64,000 nucleotides of DNA, taken from contig CBDFLE010000005.1 of the NCBI GenBank assembly GCA_965248925.1, positions 1,536,001 to 1,600,000 on the forward strand. The letters run 5' to 3'. The notes below the pieces were generated by a model. That model saw only the letters and a program-made list of their open reading frames with translations. It was not told the origin of the DNA and did not search any database. Of this stretch, positions 62,518 to 64,000 are shown piece after piece. Both the position numbers and the translations under genes were made by a program. How positions within the stretch are numbered: the stretch's first letter is position 1; each line of letters opens with the position of its first letter. This stretch comes from Candidatus Multivoradales bacterium (GTDB lineage Bacteria > Acidobacteriota > Thermoanaerobaculia > Multivoradales > J023).

Positions 62518-64000
62518 ATGCTCAAGTCCTTGAATTGCCCGCCGCTCCTAGCCACCCTCTGGCTGCTCGCCGCGGTCTGGCCAGCTTTGATCGTCGCCGA
62601 GGAAGAACACCAGCTAGAGACCGAGGCCCCCAACATCGAGGCCGAGGCCGAAGTCGAGAGTCCGCCCACTGAAGAACAAGTGATCGACATCGAACAACGC
62701 TGGCGGCTAACCCCGCGGCGCGACTTCGAGTTTCGCCTGAGCCCCAACGTTGGCCTGCGCACTCCCCTGTTGAGCCCCCTCTACAGCAAGACCCAACCCG
62801 ACTATCTCGGCACCCCGCGAGAGCGCCCCAATAATTGGGCGTTGGCGGCGTCGCTGACTACTTTGACCGCCTCGGGAGAGCGTGATTCGGGCAAGGCCCA
62901 GGAATTCCGCGACCTCAGCGACGGAGTGGCGGTGGGAGTCGACGCCCAGCTGCGCACCGCCAAGAGCTGGCTGCGGCTCAGCGGTCGCCACTTGCTGCGC
63001 GACGACCACGATGTACGTCTGGAATTGCGCCATTTCGGTGTCTTCAAGACCAGCCTCTACCTCAACGCGATTCCCCACAACTACGTCTTCGACACGCCGT
63101 CGCTCTACCGCGGTGTCGGCAGCGGTCGGCTGACTATCGACGACGCCACCCGCACCAGCTTGCAGGGCTCGACCTCATTGCAAGACGCCGCCCAGCGCGC
63201 CGAGGCGGCGGTGGCGGCGGCACCACGGGTCGATCTCGGCCACACCCGCGACCGCTTGCGCTTCGATCTCGACTTCACTCTGCTGCACCCGCTGACTGTG
63301 CAACTGCGTTTCGATCGCGAATCGCGCCAAGGGACCCGGCCGTGGAGCGGTAGCTTCGGCTTCAGCAACTTCGTCGAGATCCCCTGGCCGGTGGACTACG
63401 ACACCGAGAGCGCCCGCTTGACTGTCGAGTACGCCAACAAGAAATCCTTCTTCAAAGCGAGCTATCGGGCGAGTTCCTTCGACAACAACATCAGCAGCGT
63501 GCAGTTCGACAATCCCTGGCGACTGACCGACCAGAGCGGTTCGCCGCCAGCAATTTTAGCGAGCTATCAGAATGGCCCGGCGAGCGGTCTGATCGACCTC
63601 TATCCGACCAACGAGAGCCACGATCTGAGCTTCACCGGCCTGCTGCGCGAGCTGCCGTGGAAGGGCAATCTGTCGGCCACCGTGGCCTGGGGGCGGATGG
63701 AGCAAGACGACCCCCTGCTGCCCTTCACCACCAACACCACTATCGTGCCGGGGCAGGCGGGCAATCCTCCCTTCGACGCCTCAGACCCGGCCAACCAAGT
63801 GATCGACCGGGTGCGCAGCCAATTCGACACCCGGCTGATTCACCTCCGCTACACCGCCAAGCCGAAGCCCTTCATGCGCTTGAAGTTGCAGTTCCGCGAC
63901 TATCAAGTCAACAACGAGTCCGATCGGGTCCTCTTCCCCGGCTTCGTGGTCGAGGACGCGGCCTACCGGGCACCGGCTACCGGTTCCGACGGCTTTACTA
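62518..64000 (+). CDS. mtrB: MtrB/PioB family outer-membrane beta-barrel (truncated by right edge)
   Basis: GAGGAGG RBS, ATG 62518, signal peptide, then KAQEFRDL, IPHNY, IPWPVDYDT, FDNPW, LYPTNESH. Directly follows mtrA; not in the ORF track (no stop in window). Confidence 0.88.
   Translation, partial: MLKSLNCPPLLATLWLLAAVWPALIVAEEEHQLETEAPNIEAEAEVESPPTEEQVIDIEQRWRLTPRRDFEFRLSPNVGLRTPLLSPLYSKTQPDYLGTPRERPNNWALAASLTTLTASGERDSGKAQEFRDLSDGVAVGVDAQLRTAKSWLRLSGRHLLRDDHDVRLELRHFGVFKTSLYLNAIPHNYVFDTPSLYRGVGSGRLTIDDATRTSLQGSTSLQDAAQRAEAAVAAAPRVDLGHTRDRLRFDLDFTLLHPLTVQLRFDRESRQGTRPWSGSFGFSNFVEIPWPVDYDTESARLTVEYANKKSFFKASYRASSFDNNISSVQFDNPWRLTDQSGSPPAILASYQNGPASGLIDLYPTNESHDLSFTGLLRELPWKGNLSATVAWGRMEQDDPLLPFTTNTTIVPGQAGNPPFDASDPANQVIDRVRSQFDTRLIHLRYTAKPKPFMRLKLQFRDYQVNNESDRVLFPGFVVEDAAYRAPATGSDGFT

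Overview
GC-rich bacterial DNA; the gene set (VPS10/BNR protein, PQQ-type propeller, CRTAC1-like protein, MtrAB) suggests an environmental diderm such as an Acidobacteriota member, which is inference only. The left 36.6 kb is part of a large modular type I PKS cluster on the minus strand: a fatty acyl-AMP ligase, a 6160-aa PKS (ACP plus four KS-AT-KR-ACP modules) and a second PKS of at least 4287 aa. The second PKS is missing from the ORF track because it runs off the left edge; it reads KS-AT-KR-ACP, KS-AT-[FkbM MT]-KR-ACP, KS-AT. A divergent FkbK/ACP/FkbH (hydroxymalonyl-ACP-type) cassette sits behind an 11x octamer repeat. All complete modules are KR-only, two ATs are catalytically dead, six KSs are NRPS-hybrid type with no NRPS visible, and the embedded methyltransferase carries a relic of an adenylation domain. 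The predicted product is a lipid-tailed, O-methylated polyol. The right half holds a CpxP/R/A-like triad, a CRTAC1-like protein, an FAD oxidase, vapBC, a PQQ-propeller protein, a LolA-like plus VPS10-like pair, a probable Y1 transposase remnant, a B12 radical SAM gene divergent from a GT4/methyltransferase glycan locus, a GT-C-like membrane protein, and an mtrA-mtrB pair cut by the right edge. No rRNA, tRNA or CRISPR array was recognised.
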